Shown here piece after piece: positions 62,743 through 64,000 of a stretch of 64,000 nucleotides of DNA (positions are counted from its first letter, which is position 1; every line of letters starts with the position of its first letter). The translations under genes and the position numbers were made by a program. The stretch is from Macrostomum lignano (Eukaryota): the NCBI GenBank assembly GCA_002269645.1, contig NIVC01000067.1:434001-498000 (forward strand), read 5' to 3'. The notes below the pieces were generated by a model that saw only the letters and a program-made list of their open reading frames with translations, did no database searches and was not told the DNA's origin.

Positions 62743-64000
62743 TCGTCTCAATGATGCTTGTGCATCGGGCCCCAGTTCCAGACAGTACTTCTTCTGCTTT
62801 AAGGAATCAGGACTCAGAATATTACAAGAGTGTTTACCGCATGGGCACCTTCTATCTTACGGCTTCTGGCGACAGTCAGTCATGTACACTCTCTGTACCT
62901 TGAGGTTCGCCCTCCCTGGGTGTGAATAGACTGACAAACCCCAGGCCAGAACTTCATGTCGAAAGTCCGACCATCTTGGGGGGGGCGGTAAATGCGTCTG
63001 ACTATTCCGGTTGGGCTTGTGCGATTTACACGCGACGCAGAGTTGGGGCTGGATGAGGAGGGATTGGGAAGAGCGGAGGGCGAAGACTGAGTGGATTGAA
63101 GCTTCCGCCCGGTTTTCATTGTTTTTTTCAAGCATTTTTTATATCAAAATGGTTGGCCAGGTGATAGGCGCCAGTGGATAGACACTGCTCACTGGAGCAA
63201 AGGGTGTCGACTTTTCAATGTTGTTGAGTACAAGTCAGTGCCGCGTCTGTGCGCTTATGCTTGTGCGCGCTTATGTCAGATATTGTAAAAAATACACCTG
63301 CGCGCTTATTCAGCCGGGGCGAACACAGTTCATTTCAGGCGCATCCAATGCCAATAGAAATGGCCTCATATATCTAACTTACGGCCTGATAGAGACCCAA
63401 CTTCCGGGATCTGTTGCAGGTGCTTTGGGGGAGGGGGCGCCGCGGCTGCCCACGGAGAGTTGGACAAATTTATGACCCCCAACAGGCCCGCACTGCCTTG
63501 AAATCCCAGACGGCTATTAATAAGCTGGGCTGCCAAAACCAGCGGCTAAACAGCGCTGCCCCCCCCCCCACCCAGATTGGATTGTTGGGACCGGGGAGTT
63601 GAAGTCCGAGATTCCTGTAACCCCGCGCTGCATGGCCGAGACGCGGAGCTCTAAATCGAGCAATTGGAATGGAAGCTGATGAAGTGGCCGAAGCTTCTGC
63701 ATGTTTGGATCGTACTTTTTTTCAGGAACTAACATGTATCTCTTATTTCGATAAAGAGGTTGATACGCGCAGTTATTAGCAAACTTTGAAACGCAATCAA
63801 ATCTATAATTATTGTAATCCAGTTGAGATGATCGGCGACATGCAGTCAGTTTCCAATCCGGATAGCTAGTTTTAGAGCTCCATGGCGGAGGCGGCGGGCG
63901 CCAAACCGCCGCTCCGCTCCAGCCCGCGGCAGAGGGGGCCATGATTGATTGTCTCGCACCGGGCCCCGCATAGTTCCGCTATCAGGCCCCAATCTGTGCA

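Noticed and set aside
63218-63300. QCRVC...YC as the last Wnt exon
   Set aside because: Cysteine spacing and splice phase do not fit the Wnt C-terminal pattern.
63517-63942. 141-aa minus-strand ORF
   Set aside because: No recognisable domain; may be decayed transposon sequence.

Overview
Repeat-rich eukaryotic (invertebrate) genomic DNA. The gene content and repeat style suggest a free-living flatworm such as Macrostomum, but that is an inference. Host genes: a Wnt (4 exons traced, last exon not found), a D1-like/Dop1R2-type amine GPCR, a peptide-type rhodopsin GPCR split by an in-frame stop that is probably intronic, a two-Ig Dpr/DIP-like cell-surface gene (3 exons), a PET100 homolog, a tetraspanin-like 4-TM gene and an unknown membrane ORF. 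Mobile DNA: a full-length Ingi/I-group LINE whose first 68 nt fold into a canonical HDV-like self-cleaving ribozyme and which carries a solo LTR; a full-length Loa-like LINE with a TAATG ORF1/ORF2 overlap; a 5'-truncated RTE-like LINE with C-terminal C2H2 fingers nested in a Tc1/mariner element; a truncated Gypsy element with a tRNA-Ser PBS; a foldback-type MITE with an 8-bp TSD; non-autonomous Helitron-like copies; a piggyBac remnant; tRNA-derived SINEs; and about ten minisatellites. One minisatellite appears to be an amplified Wnt splice acceptor. All coordinates and pairings were read by hand; no searches or folding programs were run.
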